Virus record (IMG/VR): IMGVR_UViG_3300032516_000008
Span: 29,092-93,091 of that record
Source: a virus
Taxonomy: Duplodnaviria; Heunggongvirae; Uroviricota; Caudoviricetes
Length of the DNA: 64,000 bases
Reading direction: 5' to 3' (one strand)
The translations under genes were made by a program, and so were the position numbers. This document shows positions 19,177 through 29,573 of the stretch, one piece after another (positions within the stretch are counted from its first letter, which is position 1; each line of letters starts with the position of its first letter). The notes below the pieces were generated by a model that worked only from the letters and a program-made list of their open reading frames with translations, made no database searches and was not told the origin of the DNA.

Positions 19177-19836
19177 ATGTCAACAGGTGACGTTGAAGTC
19201 TTTTACTATAGTTTGTACAATGCGACACTTCTTGGTAACAGCCAAGATGCTAAAATGTTCTTGGATCTTTTACGTGATGAATTTATAGCAGATGAAAGAA
19301 ACTTTGAGACACTGAGAGCTGATGACCGCTGGAATCATTTACAACAATTATCAGCTGCTGTTGAAAATGGCTTAACTGTCAAGAATTTCAGTTACAAAGA
19401 CGATAATGTTGATGCACCAAATAAAGATGATCAGCAAGTAGCGCTTGAGAGTGACTTAGTAAAGTTGATTTGTAAAGATCCTGACTGTTTGAAACAACTA
19501 TTTGGTGCATCAGATGATTTTTACATTTACAATATAGAGCATCCAACAAAGTACGGCAAAGTAGATATTGTTGCAAAAGACGGTTTGACAGTATACGTTA
19601 TTGAAACAAAGAAAAGTCACGCAAGATTCAGCGTCGTTTCGCAGATTGACAAGTACTTGCTTGACTTCAAACTCAAACTGATTTTGAAACAATGGAACAA
19701 AATTGTCGGTGTAGTAATTGCAAACGGTTATATTGATGGTGTTGCAAAAGAGCTAGTAAAATTAGGTGTGATACCGATAAAGTATAGATACAAGAATAAC
19801 TTGTTGAGATTACGCAAATGTCGAAAAGAAGAGTGA
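19177..19836 (+). CDS. PD-(D/E)xK family nuclease
   Basis: Motif GKVDIVAKDG...VYVIETKK (D...E.K catalytic core). Confidence 0.45.
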   Translation: MSTGDVEVFYYSLYNATLLGNSQDAKMFLDLLRDEFIADERNFETLRADDRWNHLQQLSAAVENGLTVKNFSYKDDNVDAPNKDDQQVALESDLVKLICKDPDCLKQLFGASDDFYIYNIEHPTKYGKVDIVAKDGLTVYVIETKKSHARFSVVSQIDKYLLDFKLKLILKQWNKIVGVVIANGYIDGVAKELVKLGVIPIKYRYKNNLLRLRKCRKEE

Positions 19837-20004
19837 TCATTCCAGAATTGGTAACTATTGCAAATAGATTGCGTAGCCAAGGACATAGTTCAACAGCTGA
19901 TAAACTACAAGGTAAGCGAGTCATTGTAAAGCCTGCAACAATAAAAAAGACTGACACTACAGACAAAGCAGCTAAATTCAAATTTCTTTGTGAAGGAGAT
20001 TAAA

Positions 20005-21300
20005 ATGGAAGCTAAGTTGAAAAGACAGGCAACGCCGCACAAGATTAGATTAGTTGAGAGTCCTGAAGAAGTCAAAAAGCTGATTGATGTCGTCTATGAT
20101 AAGCTCAAGCCGACTATTTCAGCTAATGGTTTCAGAAAAGGTAGTGTGCCTCGTGAAGTAGCTGAGAAACAACCTCACTTCAACAAATACACTGCTTATT
20201 CAGAAGTATTTGATGTGCTGTACAAAAGAGCTCTTGAACAATTGAAGCTTGAAGTTGTTGAAGCATCTGATTTTGAAGTCGTTGGTCCATTTGAGGATAA
20301 TGTGCCATTGACAATTCAGGCTACAGTGTATTTGAAGCCGGCAGTTGAACGATTTGACATTAATGAAGTTAGTGTAGTGAAAAATGTCACGGTTGTATCA
20401 GAACAAATGGTTGATGATCAGATTAAGACAATACAAAATTCAAAGGCTTTGTTTGATAACATTACTGATTCAAATTATGTGATCAAAAACGGTGATACTT
20501 TGATCATAGATTTTTCAGGTCAAGTAGATGGCAAATCATTTTCTGGTGGAACAGCCAAGAATTTTAGATTTGTTGTTGGCGAGACTAAGTTCATTAGCGG
20601 TTTTGAAGAACAGATGGTCAAGTTTAAGTTGAATGAAGAAGGTAAGGTCATAACCAAGTTTCCTGATGATTATCATGCAAAAGAGTTGCAAGGTAAGAAC
20701 GCTGAATTTACTGTGAAGATTACAAAAATCGGTTCAAAACAGATTAAGACTATTGAGCAACTTGCAAGTGATGATGATAAGACGGTGGATGGATTTCGAC
20801 AAGCTGTTCGTGACAAACTTATTGTAGATCATGCTAAAATTGATGAAGAGAATTATGAATCTGACATTTTAACCCAATGTGTGTTGAAGGCTAAGATTGA
20901 GCCGATACCGACTGCTATGATTGAGTGGGAACTTGCTAATGAATGGCATCAGCTTATGTATCGGATGGATACAACTGAAGCAGATTTTTTGAAGAAGAAT
21001 AAGAATGGTAAGGACGTATTTTATGCTCAAAAGAGACCTCGAGTTGAAAAGACTCTTGAAGTAAAGATATTTCTTGATCATGTTAGTATGGTCAATAATT
21101 TTACGGCATCTAAGGAAGAAGTTGAGGCTTTCGTTGTTAATAGAGCTAAGACGCTGAATAAGAGTGACGAAGAAATAGAAGCTGTTCTTGAGAATTTGAA
21201 GAAGGACACAAATTATCGTGCAAGTGAAACAGCTGTTAAGCATGAAAAGGCTACTAAGTGGTTGTCTGATTCAGTAAGGAAGAATGTTGAAAACGCTTGA
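20005..21300 (+). CDS. tig: trigger factor homolog (ribosome-associated chaperone/PPIase)
   Basis: N-terminal GFRKGSVP signature, central FKBP-type PPIase region GDTLIIDFSGQVDGKSFSGGTAKNFRFVVGETKFISGFEEQ, length about 432 aa. GGAG ribosome-binding site 8 nt before the ATG at 20005. Confidence 0.75.
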   Translation: MEAKLKRQATPHKIRLVESPEEVKKLIDVVYDKLKPTISANGFRKGSVPREVAEKQPHFNKYTAYSEVFDVLYKRALEQLKLEVVEASDFEVVGPFEDNVPLTIQATVYLKPAVERFDINEVSVVKNVTVVSEQMVDDQIKTIQNSKALFDNITDSNYVIKNGDTLIIDFSGQVDGKSFSGGTAKNFRFVVGETKFISGFEEQMVKFKLNEEGKVITKFPDDYHAKELQGKNAEFTVKITKIGSKQIKTIEQLASDDDKTVDGFRQAVRDKLIVDHAKIDEENYESDILTQCVLKAKIEPIPTAMIEWELANEWHQLMYRMDTTEADFLKKNKNGKDVFYAQKRPRVEKTLEVKIFLDHVSMVNNFTASKEEVEAFVVNRAKTLNKSDEEIEAVLENLKKDTNYRASETAVKHEKATKWLSDSVRKNVENA

Positions 21301-22078
21301 TTTCAACTTATCAGCATCCACAATAAATTACTTTTGCACGTGTCCTTGGGCGTTTAAGCAAGATAAAGTGCTTAAACGCCCGACTCTTAAAGTGCCAAGT
21401 GCTCCATTAGTGCTTGGTCAAGCATTTCATAAATTGCTAGAGTCATTTTACGAACAAAAAACGTTTAGGGTATATGATCTGTTCAAAAATTGGGAGAAAT
21501 TTTTTGATATTGAAGTCAAAGTGCAAAAGGCTGAAAAAATAGAATTGAAATATGCAAGAGGCTCAGGTTTTACGCTGATAAAAAACTGGGTCGCTATGGC
21601 AAAAGAGAACGATTGGATGCATGAGTCTATAGGGTCAGAGCTTGAATTTAAGCAACCGTATAGTAATAGTAGGTTTTTGATTAATGTTCACGGGTACATG
21701 GATTTACTTATTGAAGTAAATGGTAAGATCTACATTTTGGATTGGAAAACAGGCAAACACAGTGCAGAGAAGTATAGATTGCAGGCGATACTTTACAGTT
21801 GGGCTCTTGCTAAGCAATTTGATATGATTGAAGATTGCGTGAGGTTTGTGCATCCGTCAAAGAAAGAGAATAGAATAGTTGATGTGAAAGTTACAGATGA
21901 AGATTATTACGCTGTGATGAAAAAAGTTGACAAGATGTTCGATGCAATAGAAGCAGATTGTTTTGAGAAAGTAGTAAGTGATAATTGTAAATGGTGTTCA
22001 TGGACTGATTGCCCTCATAACATTAATGAAAACGGTAAGCTTCTTGCTAAAAAAATACTAGAGGAGGACAATGCATGA
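21284..22078 (+). CDS. Cas4/RecB-like PD-(D/E)xK exonuclease with Fe-S cysteine cluster
   Basis: N-terminal CTCPW cysteine, catalytic DLLIEV...ILDWKTGK, C-terminal C-x2-C-x4-C (CKWCSWTDC). Confidence 0.65.
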   Translation: MLKTLDFNLSASTINYFCTCPWAFKQDKVLKRPTLKVPSAPLVLGQAFHKLLESFYEQKTFRVYDLFKNWEKFFDIEVKVQKAEKIELKYARGSGFTLIKNWVAMAKENDWMHESIGSELEFKQPYSNSRFLINVHGYMDLLIEVNGKIYILDWKTGKHSAEKYRLQAILYSWALAKQFDMIEDCVRFVHPSKKENRIVDVKVTDEDYYAVMKKVDKMFDAIEADCFEKVVSDNCKWCSWTDCPHNINENGKLLAKKILEEDNA

Positions 22079-22494
22079 AGATGTTACTGTCTATACTAGT
22101 ATGTAGCTCTATTGTCAGCGCGCAATTGACGCCATTAGATTCATTACTGGCTAGAAGTGCTAGATCAAAAACACTTGCGTCAGAACAGTTTGGGTTCAAA
22201 CATGTTGAATTGACTCCGCCGGCGCAATTGTTTAATGTATTACCACCGTTACCGCCATTGCCGACTGTAAATCAGTATATTACAGTTCATGAATATGACA
22301 AAGATATGGCCAATGTACAAGCTTCAATAAGTAAGATGACTACTATAATGGAGAACTTGCAAGCTCAATCTGATTCTCATCGAAACAATCTTGACATTGT
22401 CATCAAGATTATCGAAGCTTTAGTAGGTCTAATTGGTGCAGTCTCTACGCTAATCATAGCTTTCTATGGCATTAAAAAGTCAAAGAAAAAGTAG
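22075..22494 (+). CDS. small secreted/membrane-anchored protein
   Basis: N-terminal signal-like segment and C-terminal transmembrane helix followed by a KKSKKK tail. Confidence 0.4.
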   Translation: MKMLLSILVCSSIVSAQLTPLDSLLARSARSKTLASEQFGFKHVELTPPAQLFNVLPPLPPLPTVNQYITVHEYDKDMANVQASISKMTTIMENLQAQSDSHRNNLDIVIKIIEALVGLIGAVSTLIIAFYGIKKSKKK

Positions 22495-22506
22495 ATCGGC
22501 CTATAG

Positions 22507-22545
22507 AAAAAGCTGTAGATTATTGATTTCTACAGCTTTTCTCTT
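22507..22545 (+). terminator. rho-independent terminator
   Basis: AGCTGTAGA-ttattgatt-TCTACAGCT hairpin followed by a T-rich run. Confidence 0.7.
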
Positions 22546-22609
22546 GTTGTTTCTAGTAAATCTACGCCTTACAATATGACTATACTATAAGGACTAACCA
22601 AGGAGAAAC

Positions 22610-24562
22610 ATGAAGAAAAATGTCAAAGCTGAAGTTGAACGACTTGCTTCAGAAATTAGGCTTCATCGGTATCTGTACTACAACAAAGAACCTCGAATTT
22701 CAGATCAAGTCTATGATGCAATTCTTGAACTGTTGAAGCAGCTTGATCCTGAAAATCCTGAGTTGAAGAAGACCGGCGCACCGCCGGATTCTGAGAATGG
22801 TTGGCAAAAAGCCGAACATTCGATCTCAATGGCATCGCTTGCAAATGCAATGACCATTCCTGAATTCAACAAGTGGATTCAGTCAAGCGGAATTCAAGGA
22901 AAGACATTGGTTCTTGAAGACAAGTTTGACGGTGCATCGTTAGCATTGAACTATGTCAATGGCCAACTTGTGCAAGGTATAACGCGAGGAGATGGTAAAG
23001 TTGGTGATGATGTTACTGTTAATGCAAAGTTGATGAAGTTTGTCAAACAGACAATACCGGAGAAGATTACTGCAAGTCTTCGTGGTGAAGCAATCATCCT
23101 CAATGCTGACTTCGAAAAACTCAACAGTCTGCCCGGAGTGTCATTCTCAAATCCTCGAAATGCTGCAAATGGAATTCTCAAACGATTTGATGGCAAGTAC
23201 ATTGAATACGTTTGCGTGATTCTCTATGACATAGTTTCACCTGATGTTTCGTTTTCGTTTGAAACTGAAAAGCTTGATTACTTGTCTAACACGTTGGGAT
23301 TGGTAACGACCAATTACAAGTTGGTTACTCCGGCCGAAGTCATCAATGTTCGTCAACAGTATATGGATTCAGATCGAGCAAAGTTGAAGTATAACATTGA
23401 TGGTTTGGTGATTAAGCTCAACAACATCACTACGTCAAAAGAGCTCGGTATTCATTCCAATGGTGATCCCAAAGGTCAAGTGGCTTTCAAGTTTGATCCT
23501 CGAGGAGTAGCTACTACTTTGCTTGACTGTATTTGGGAAGTTGGTAGAACCGGTGTTGTTTCACCAAATGCAGTTTTGGATCCTGTGAATATTGATGGTT
23601 CGATGGTGAAAGCCGCTCTATTGTGTAACATCGATGAAATCAATCGACTTGGTGTTGGCATTGGTGATACTGTTTTGGTGATCAAAGCAGGAGAGATCAT
23701 TCCAAAGGTCGTGCAAGTCATCAAGTCTGCCGGAAAGAAAATCACAGCTCCGACAGTTTGTCCTTCATGTAAAGGACCGTTGGTGAAAGATCCTGATGGT
23801 GCATATTTGGTATGTGAAAGTGACAATTGCGTTGGTAAAGAGTTCAGAAAGCTTCGTCACTGGGTCGATGTTTTGAAGAAGCGAATGAGTTTGACTGATA
23901 TAGGAGAAAGTACAATTCGACAGTTGTATGAAAAAGACTTGGTGAAGGATCCTGCAGATTTCTACACTTTGTCAATGCAAAAAGTTGCTAGTCTTGATAG
24001 GTCAGGAGACAAATCAGCGAAGAAAATCGTTGAAGGGTTTGAAAAATGCAAAGAAATGGATGTCGTTACTCTTCTATGTGCACTTGCAATTCCTGCTCTC
24101 GGTGAGACAATGGCTGAATTGATCACTGACGAGTATGATTTGTACGCATTGATGGAAGAAGTTACAGAGACTGATTTGGCTAAGATTTCTGGTATTGGTC
24201 CTTCAAGAGCAAAGGATGTTGTTGAAGGATTGGAACAACGACGACCATTGATTGAGAAGTTGATGGGTTGTGGTATCAAGATCAAAAAGCCAGTGGCCGT
24301 TACATTACAATCTACGAAACTGCAAGGTAAGTCATTCCAAGTGACTGGTCCATTGACAAAGATTAATCCGGCAACGCAGAAAGCATACAAGCGAGAAGAA
24401 TGGTATGAGCTGGTTCAAGCGAATGGTGGAGAGATTAAGCGAGTGGGTAAAGAGTTGAATTACTTACTCGCATGTCGACCAAATAGTAACAAACTTTCAA
24501 AAGCGAGTGCGATGGGTATTAGCGTGATACCTGAAGCTGACTTTTGGAAAATGATGGAGTGA
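22610..24562 (+). CDS. ligA: NAD-dependent DNA ligase
   Basis: Adenylation motif EDKFDGAS (KxDG), Cys4 zinc finger CPSCKGPL...CESDNC, HhH region, C-terminal BRCT. Ribosome-binding site AAGGAG. Confidence 0.85.
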   Translation: MKKNVKAEVERLASEIRLHRYLYYNKEPRISDQVYDAILELLKQLDPENPELKKTGAPPDSENGWQKAEHSISMASLANAMTIPEFNKWIQSSGIQGKTLVLEDKFDGASLALNYVNGQLVQGITRGDGKVGDDVTVNAKLMKFVKQTIPEKITASLRGEAIILNADFEKLNSLPGVSFSNPRNAANGILKRFDGKYIEYVCVILYDIVSPDVSFSFETEKLDYLSNTLGLVTTNYKLVTPAEVINVRQQYMDSDRAKLKYNIDGLVIKLNNITTSKELGIHSNGDPKGQVAFKFDPRGVATTLLDCIWEVGRTGVVSPNAVLDPVNIDGSMVKAALLCNIDEINRLGVGIGDTVLVIKAGEIIPKVVQVIKSAGKKITAPTVCPSCKGPLVKDPDGAYLVCESDNCVGKEFRKLRHWVDVLKKRMSLTDIGESTIRQLYEKDLVKDPADFYTLSMQKVASLDRSGDKSAKKIVEGFEKCKEMDVVTLLCALAIPALGETMAELITDEYDLYALMEEVTETDLAKISGIGPSRAKDVVEGLEQRRPLIEKLMGCGIKIKKPVAVTLQSTKLQGKSFQVTGPLTKINPATQKAYKREEWYELVQANGGEIKRVGKELNYLLACRPNSNKLSKASAMGISVIPEADFWKMME

Positions 24563-24578
24563 TACAAAGGAGGAGTTT

Positions 24579-24770
24579 ATGGCAGACAAGGAACGGTACT
24601 TAGACGCTGCAGCGACTTTTTCACAGACTTTCAAGAGATCGCCTGCCGGAAGAGAGTCATGGGCCATTCATACAATTCTAGATGGAGAGAATCAGTTAGA
24701 TGTATTGAAAGCACATCGCATTCTTGCAGGGGTTGAGCCTCAACCTAATGGAATTGTTGTGACAGGATAA
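24579..24770 (+). CDS. hypothetical protein
   Basis: AGGAGG ribosome-binding site and ORF. Confidence 0.4.
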   Translation: MADKERYLDAAATFSQTFKRSPAGRESWAIHTILDGENQLDVLKAHRILAGVEPQPNGIVVTG

Positions 24771-24820
24771 GTTTGGTGATGTGTCATAGTTGGAACGTCA
24801 TATCTTAAAATTGGGAGCAA

Positions 24821-25186
24821 GTGATGAATGATATCAAGACAAGTCAACTTACGAGTGAGTTACAGACGCTTGAGAACTTTGCAAGAGCCAATGACATGAA
24901 GGGCATTTTGAATGCTATTGATCGCATACGAAAAGCTAATAGCATAGTTGACTCAATGTCGATTGAAGGCATTCGCAAAACTGTGTCTGAAATAGCGCAC
25001 TATGCTAACACGGGTGACTTTGAGATTGCTCATGGTAAAGAAGATGATCTTTACGAGTCGTTTGTTGACCATGTTGCAATGATCGGTGACTGCGTTGGTC
25101 GCTCACATACAGAAGTACTAGTCGAGTTGCAAAGGCTGGCAAACGAAGTGCTTACGACTAGAAATATCAGTTTTCAGAGAATATGA
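24821..25186 (+). CDS. hypothetical protein
   Basis: ORF in an operon context. Confidence 0.35.
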   Translation: MMNDIKTSQLTSELQTLENFARANDMKGILNAIDRIRKANSIVDSMSIEGIRKTVSEIAHYANTGDFEIAHGKEDDLYESFVDHVAMIGDCVGRSHTEVLVELQRLANEVLTTRNISFQRI

Positions 25187-25998
25187 ACTACAAAGATATA
25201 AGTACGGTAAAATCTGCAGCAGTCGTCAATCTTGCGCATTACAATTCTGAGATGCAAAAAGCGCTAATTGACAAGTTGTTTTTTCTTGACAAAACTGAAG
25301 ATGCTTCAGTGTTTGTTGATTATGGTTGTGCAGATGGTGCGATGATCAAGCTAGCTCATGGCATATTGCCCGACAATCAATATGTTGGGTTTGATAATTC
25401 TAAAGAGATGATTGCTGCAGCAAGACTTTCATGTAGAGGTATAGATCAGATCGGGTTCGTTTCTGACGTCGTTGCGCTTCAAAAAGTGGTCCATGAATAT
25501 CGAGCTGCTGACAAGAAAATTTGTTTGAGTCTTATGAGTCTTATTCATGAAGTGTATGAGTATGGACCAGACACAGTCAAAGAATTTTGGGCTGCAGTTT
25601 TTTCAAATGACTATGACTACATAGCAATTCGCGATATGTGCGTGTCAATGACTACAAGTCGACCAAGTGATTCATTAAGTGTTGCAAAGATAAGAATGCG
25701 TTATGATAAAGATTTGCTTGCACAGTGGGAAGCGCACTGGGGAAATCTCAATGAAAATTGGTCACTGGTACATTTTCTATTGACATATCGGTACGTTGAT
25801 AGTTGGGATCGTGAATTTCGAGAGAATTACTTACCATTGTCATTAGAAAATCTGTTCAATCTTATTCCCGAAAACTGGGAACCCACTTACATTGAACACT
25901 ATACGCTACCGTTCATTCGTCAACAAGTGATGAAAGATTTCAATGTGGACTTACAAGATCGCACACATGTCAAGCTTGTTTTGAAGAGGACAAAGTGA
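25183..25998 (+). CDS. class I SAM-dependent methyltransferase
   Basis: Motif I VDYGCADG. Confidence 0.55.
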   Translation: MNYKDISTVKSAAVVNLAHYNSEMQKALIDKLFFLDKTEDASVFVDYGCADGAMIKLAHGILPDNQYVGFDNSKEMIAAARLSCRGIDQIGFVSDVVALQKVVHEYRAADKKICLSLMSLIHEVYEYGPDTVKEFWAAVFSNDYDYIAIRDMCVSMTTSRPSDSLSVAKIRMRYDKDLLAQWEAHWGNLNENWSLVHFLLTYRYVDSWDREFRENYLPLSLENLFNLIPENWEPTYIEHYTLPFIRQQVMKDFNVDLQDRTHVKLVLKRTK

Positions 25999-26176
25999 CC
26001 ACAACTTTGACGATTGCACTTTCGGAATCGAGGCTTAGAGCCGGTACTCGAAGGAGGGTACGGATTGTCCTCGTTGTACGAATAGCAGTATAGCCCTTAG
26101 CAGGGAGTACCCGGGATTGAATTCCCGTAGGCGTACACACAAAGTGCAATTGTCTTTTTTTTTCAATGATCACATT

Positions 26177-27277
26177 ATGAGTACAAAAACAAAAATACAG
26201 AGCGTTTGTTTCACTATCACTGGTGAGTTCATGACTGATCATGCTAGAAGTCTGGTTGTTGAGAATGAATGGGAAAATGCCGTTAGATTTTTGAACAAGT
26301 CTCTTGTTGGCATAGATTTCAATACAATTGTAGCAGTGCTTTCAGGCACAACAGAGTTTACTGGTGATTCAAATGTAGGTATAGGACTGACTAAAAAAGC
26401 AGATGTCAAGTACATGCAAAGACTTGACGAAATGTATGGCCATTATGTAAGAATTGGTCAGAAATGGTTTGTGCCATATTCTTATGTGACGTCTTATGGA
26501 TTTCATGACATTTCATATTACAAAGACAATTTCTCAACTGTCAATTTTGATCAAAGAAGAAATCTAAATGCTGATCAAGAGGTTAGCGACAGTAGGGCAA
26601 GATTCTATTGTAAAGATAAAGATAAAGACAGGATATTTTGTCTCAAATGTCCTGATCGAGAGATGCATTGCGTATTGTTTGAGAAAATAGCTGCGCCGCC
26701 AGTCTGGATGGACGTCGAGAAGACGCCGCAACAAGCAGTAAATGCTTGCCGGAATCTTCAAGAAGATGGTCATTTGTTCCGTTATACTACTGAAGATTTG
26801 CCTATAGCTTTTCGAAAGAAGTATGATGAAGAAGACATTGTAGTCTCAGAGCGAAATGAAGACAAAGAAACACAAGAAAAGCGAATAGAATTAGAGCGAC
26901 CAATAATAGATTCTCAATTGACGTCAAAGTTTGGTTGGTTTAGTCCAGAAGGACAGTTTTACGGATGCGAATATGCAGGTCATATTTATATGGCTGAGAG
27001 AATTGTAAGAATCACATTGAGCAATGTTGACTGGGAAGATGACACAGGATACATAAACAACAGATCAGAATGCATACTTGAAGATCTTGGTTGGATCAAG
27101 GTTGGAGGATTCGGTCAGAATTCATATTTTACTGGAGATAAATTAAAGGCAACACAGGCGCAACAAAACTCAGTTTATGATTGGTGTACAAAGCACAATG
27201 AAAGATATCCAACAGAATATTTCGAAGCAAACATGGCAACGTGCAGTGACAATTTCAATAAATTAAGAGAAGATTAA
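26177..27277 (+). CDS. hypothetical protein
   Basis: Long ORF. The start is uncertain between 26117, 26177 and 26231. Confidence 0.4.
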   Translation: MSTKTKIQSVCFTITGEFMTDHARSLVVENEWENAVRFLNKSLVGIDFNTIVAVLSGTTEFTGDSNVGIGLTKKADVKYMQRLDEMYGHYVRIGQKWFVPYSYVTSYGFHDISYYKDNFSTVNFDQRRNLNADQEVSDSRARFYCKDKDKDRIFCLKCPDREMHCVLFEKIAAPPVWMDVEKTPQQAVNACRNLQEDGHLFRYTTEDLPIAFRKKYDEEDIVVSERNEDKETQEKRIELERPIIDSQLTSKFGWFSPEGQFYGCEYAGHIYMAERIVRITLSNVDWEDDTGYINNRSECILEDLGWIKVGGFGQNSYFTGDKLKATQAQQNSVYDWCTKHNERYPTEYFEANMATCSDNFNKLRED

Positions 27278-27286
27278 ATCTTTACC

Positions 27287-27682
27287 GTGAAAAACTATTT
27301 GAAAGTTCTTTCTGTTCCCACATGGGTTTATCATTCTCTTGATGAGCTTGATGAAGCGTCTTCGGATCTTTGCGAGATATCTCCCGTATTGAACAGAGAC
27401 GGATACTACTACAATAGAAAAACGAGAAAAACGTGGATTGAATTTAATCATAAAGCTTGGAATTATTCAACTGTCGAGGCATTTGAATCTGAGCTAAAAC
27501 ACATAGATCCAGAGATGGAAACGAATGTATATCAAAGTCTGTTATCAATTGTGAAAAAGTATAGAATTTCATTCAGAAATCTTGAAAGTAGATTCTGGAC
27601 CGAGTATCGAACTAGGGAATTGAGAGATATTAGGCGAAATGCATCTTTATGTTGTTTGGGAATATTGAGGAAGTCCCAATAG
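27287..27682 (+). CDS. hypothetical protein
   Basis: ORF. Confidence 0.35.
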   Translation: MKNYLKVLSVPTWVYHSLDELDEASSDLCEISPVLNRDGYYYNRKTRKTWIEFNHKAWNYSTVEAFESELKHIDPEMETNVYQSLLSIVKKYRISFRNLESRFWTEYRTRELRDIRRNASLCCLGILRKSQ

Positions 27683-27690
27683 GAAAATAC

Positions 27691-27891
27691 ATGCAACAGA
27701 ATATTTTGAAGCAGACTAAGCGCAAATTTCAAGTCAGTGTAGATGCGCCTGAAGCAACAATTGCAGAAATTGCAGAGTATATTCGACTTGCTCTGTTGTC
27801 ATGGTGTGGTGGTTTTAGACCTGAAGACCCGATGTTTAATGTTAAGTCAGTAACTGTTCGATCACTAAAGGATAAATATGTCTCACGCTAG
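27691..27891 (+). CDS. hypothetical protein
   Basis: Ribosome-binding site AGGAAAA before the ATG at 27691. Confidence 0.3.
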   Translation: MQQNILKQTKRKFQVSVDAPEATIAEIAEYIRLALLSWCGGFRPEDPMFNVKSVTVRSLKDKYVSR

Positions 27892-28777
27892 ACTTTCTTC
27901 AGTGTCTTCATCAGGCACATATTTGAATGATTGTTTGCAAGCGCAGCATCACTATTTGTGTTTAGAGATTGAAGATCCTGACAAAAAGACATTGTGTCGA
28001 ATGGCAATGTCTTATGATCAGTTTGTTCGAATACTTACTGATACAAGTTCTGTAACTGTCACATTAGAACGATATCGTGATCGTGAAGGTAACTTGGTAG
28101 TTGAAGCCGTGAAAAAGCCTGAATCTGTTCAAGATCGAATGGTTGACAGAATGGGTGAAGTTCATGAATCGCTTAGTAATAGGATAAAGGACTTAAGAAA
28201 AGATATTTACGAAGCTCTCAATGATGGAAAAGCTGGAAAGAAAACGCTTGAACAGTTACTTCACAATGCTAAAGTCATTGAAGAGCACTTTGAATCAAAT
28301 TCAGCTTTCATCGTACAACAGGCATCCGAAGAAATAAAGACAATGCAGGAATGTGCAAAGAGTCAACTGGCAATGTTTCTCACTGAACGCGGTGTTCAAA
28401 ATGTAGATGTCGCTCCTTTACTGCAGCAATCAAATAAGCTGTTACCAGCATCTGATATAAAGCCTGTTAAAGAAGTGTATGAATTGAAACAAAGAATAGA
28501 GAAGCCAATTGATGATATGACTGCGTTAGAAGTTTCAGACGCAATTACTGCAGAATTGAAAAGGTTGCAACGGTTAGTGAAACTTTATGAAGAAGATCGA
28601 GCGCCTTTGTTTGCATGCGGCGCTTCAGCCTCTAAAGGTGCAGTTGAGATTCGATATATTTCATATCAAGGTTCAACAAGGGTTGACTTAGCTGAAGCAA
28701 AAGACTATTTGAAATTTCTACGAACTGTTACTGATTTGAGTCATTTCAAACGTCACTTCGAATTCAAAAGAGTATGA
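27878..28777 (+). CDS. hypothetical protein
   Basis: ORF. Confidence 0.4.
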   Translation: MSHARLSSVSSSGTYLNDCLQAQHHYLCLEIEDPDKKTLCRMAMSYDQFVRILTDTSSVTVTLERYRDREGNLVVEAVKKPESVQDRMVDRMGEVHESLSNRIKDLRKDIYEALNDGKAGKKTLEQLLHNAKVIEEHFESNSAFIVQQASEEIKTMQECAKSQLAMFLTERGVQNVDVAPLLQQSNKLLPASDIKPVKEVYELKQRIEKPIDDMTALEVSDAITAELKRLQRLVKLYEEDRAPLFACGASASKGAVEIRYISYQGSTRVDLAEAKDYLKFLRTVTDLSHFKRHFEFKRV

Positions 28778-29181
28778 CAGAAAATTACTTGACAAAAAAC
28801 TTGTGTGATATCGGAATCTGTAAGTCAGTGGCAGAAGCCAAACGATTCGTGCTTACTGGTGGTTTGAAAGCACTTGCAAAAAAGTATTCATTAGTAGTTT
28901 TGCAAGGATTGAAAGAAGGAAACAAGTTCTATTCATTGTTCAGTGGCGATGATCCTACAATTATACATGATGGTACTATTGCTTACAAAATATTACTATT
29001 TACTAACAGCGATAAAGAAGCGCAAATGGCTTGTGGTCACGGAATAAGTCTTGAACAAGATTATACAAACGTGTCATCGTACTTACTGAAAACTAGTAGA
29101 GGTGCCTTTACTAAAGCTGAATGTGATCAACTAGCGACAGTGATTACTGTGCAAAGTATTAGAGAGGGACGGTACAGATGA
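28774..29181 (+). CDS. hypothetical protein
   Basis: ORF with ATGA start-stop overlap. Confidence 0.4.
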   Translation: MTENYLTKNLCDIGICKSVAEAKRFVLTGGLKALAKKYSLVVLQGLKEGNKFYSLFSGDDPTIIHDGTIAYKILLFTNSDKEAQMACGHGISLEQDYTNVSSYLLKTSRGAFTKAECDQLATVITVQSIREGRYR

Positions 29182-29423
29182 ATAATCAAGCGTATACTTC
29201 TACTGCAAAGATGTGGTGGCAAAAGAATAGTGGTAGACTTGGTAGTGAATTGAATTGGGATACTTTTTGCGAGATATGGATGGCATCAATAAATAGTGAA
29301 GATCAGAAAACAGAAAATGTTCATACTGAAACGTCAGATGAAAGATTGAAGAAAGAATTGAAAATGTTTTTGACTCATACGGGCAGGAGTATTGATGAAA
29401 AAGCTGACACAAGAACAAATTGA
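29178..29423 (+). CDS. hypothetical protein
   Basis: ORF. Confidence 0.35.
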   Translation: MNNQAYTSTAKMWWQKNSGRLGSELNWDTFCEIWMASINSEDQKTENVHTETSDERLKKELKMFLTHTGRSIDEKADTRTN

Positions 29424-29565
29424 TGATAGAATGGTTGTGTGGGATGAAGCTATTGATCACATGGATGGTGATGTGTATGACAACAATAGTGAATATCAGC
29501 AAGGCGTTATTATACGTAAGCAAATGATGAGAATGAGAGATAAATTTTACAAAAAGCATAGTTGA
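29395..29565 (+). CDS. small hypothetical protein (56 aa), not in the supplied track
   Basis: AGGAG ribosome-binding site 8 nt upstream of the ATG at 29395. The ORF reads MKKLTQEQIDDRMVVWDEAIDHMDGD... Confidence 0.35.
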   Translation: MKKLTQEQIDDRMVVWDEAIDHMDGDVYDNNSEYQQGVIIRKQMMRMRDKFYKKHS

Positions 29566-29573
29566 GTTTGTTG

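Noticed and set aside
26040-26130. tRNA gene in the 26.0-26.13 kb intergenic region
   Set aside because: A T-arm-like CGGGA-TTGAAT-TCCCG is present, but the loop is 6 nt and no complementary 5' acceptor strand exists about 70 nt upstream. It is kept only as a candidate structured RNA.
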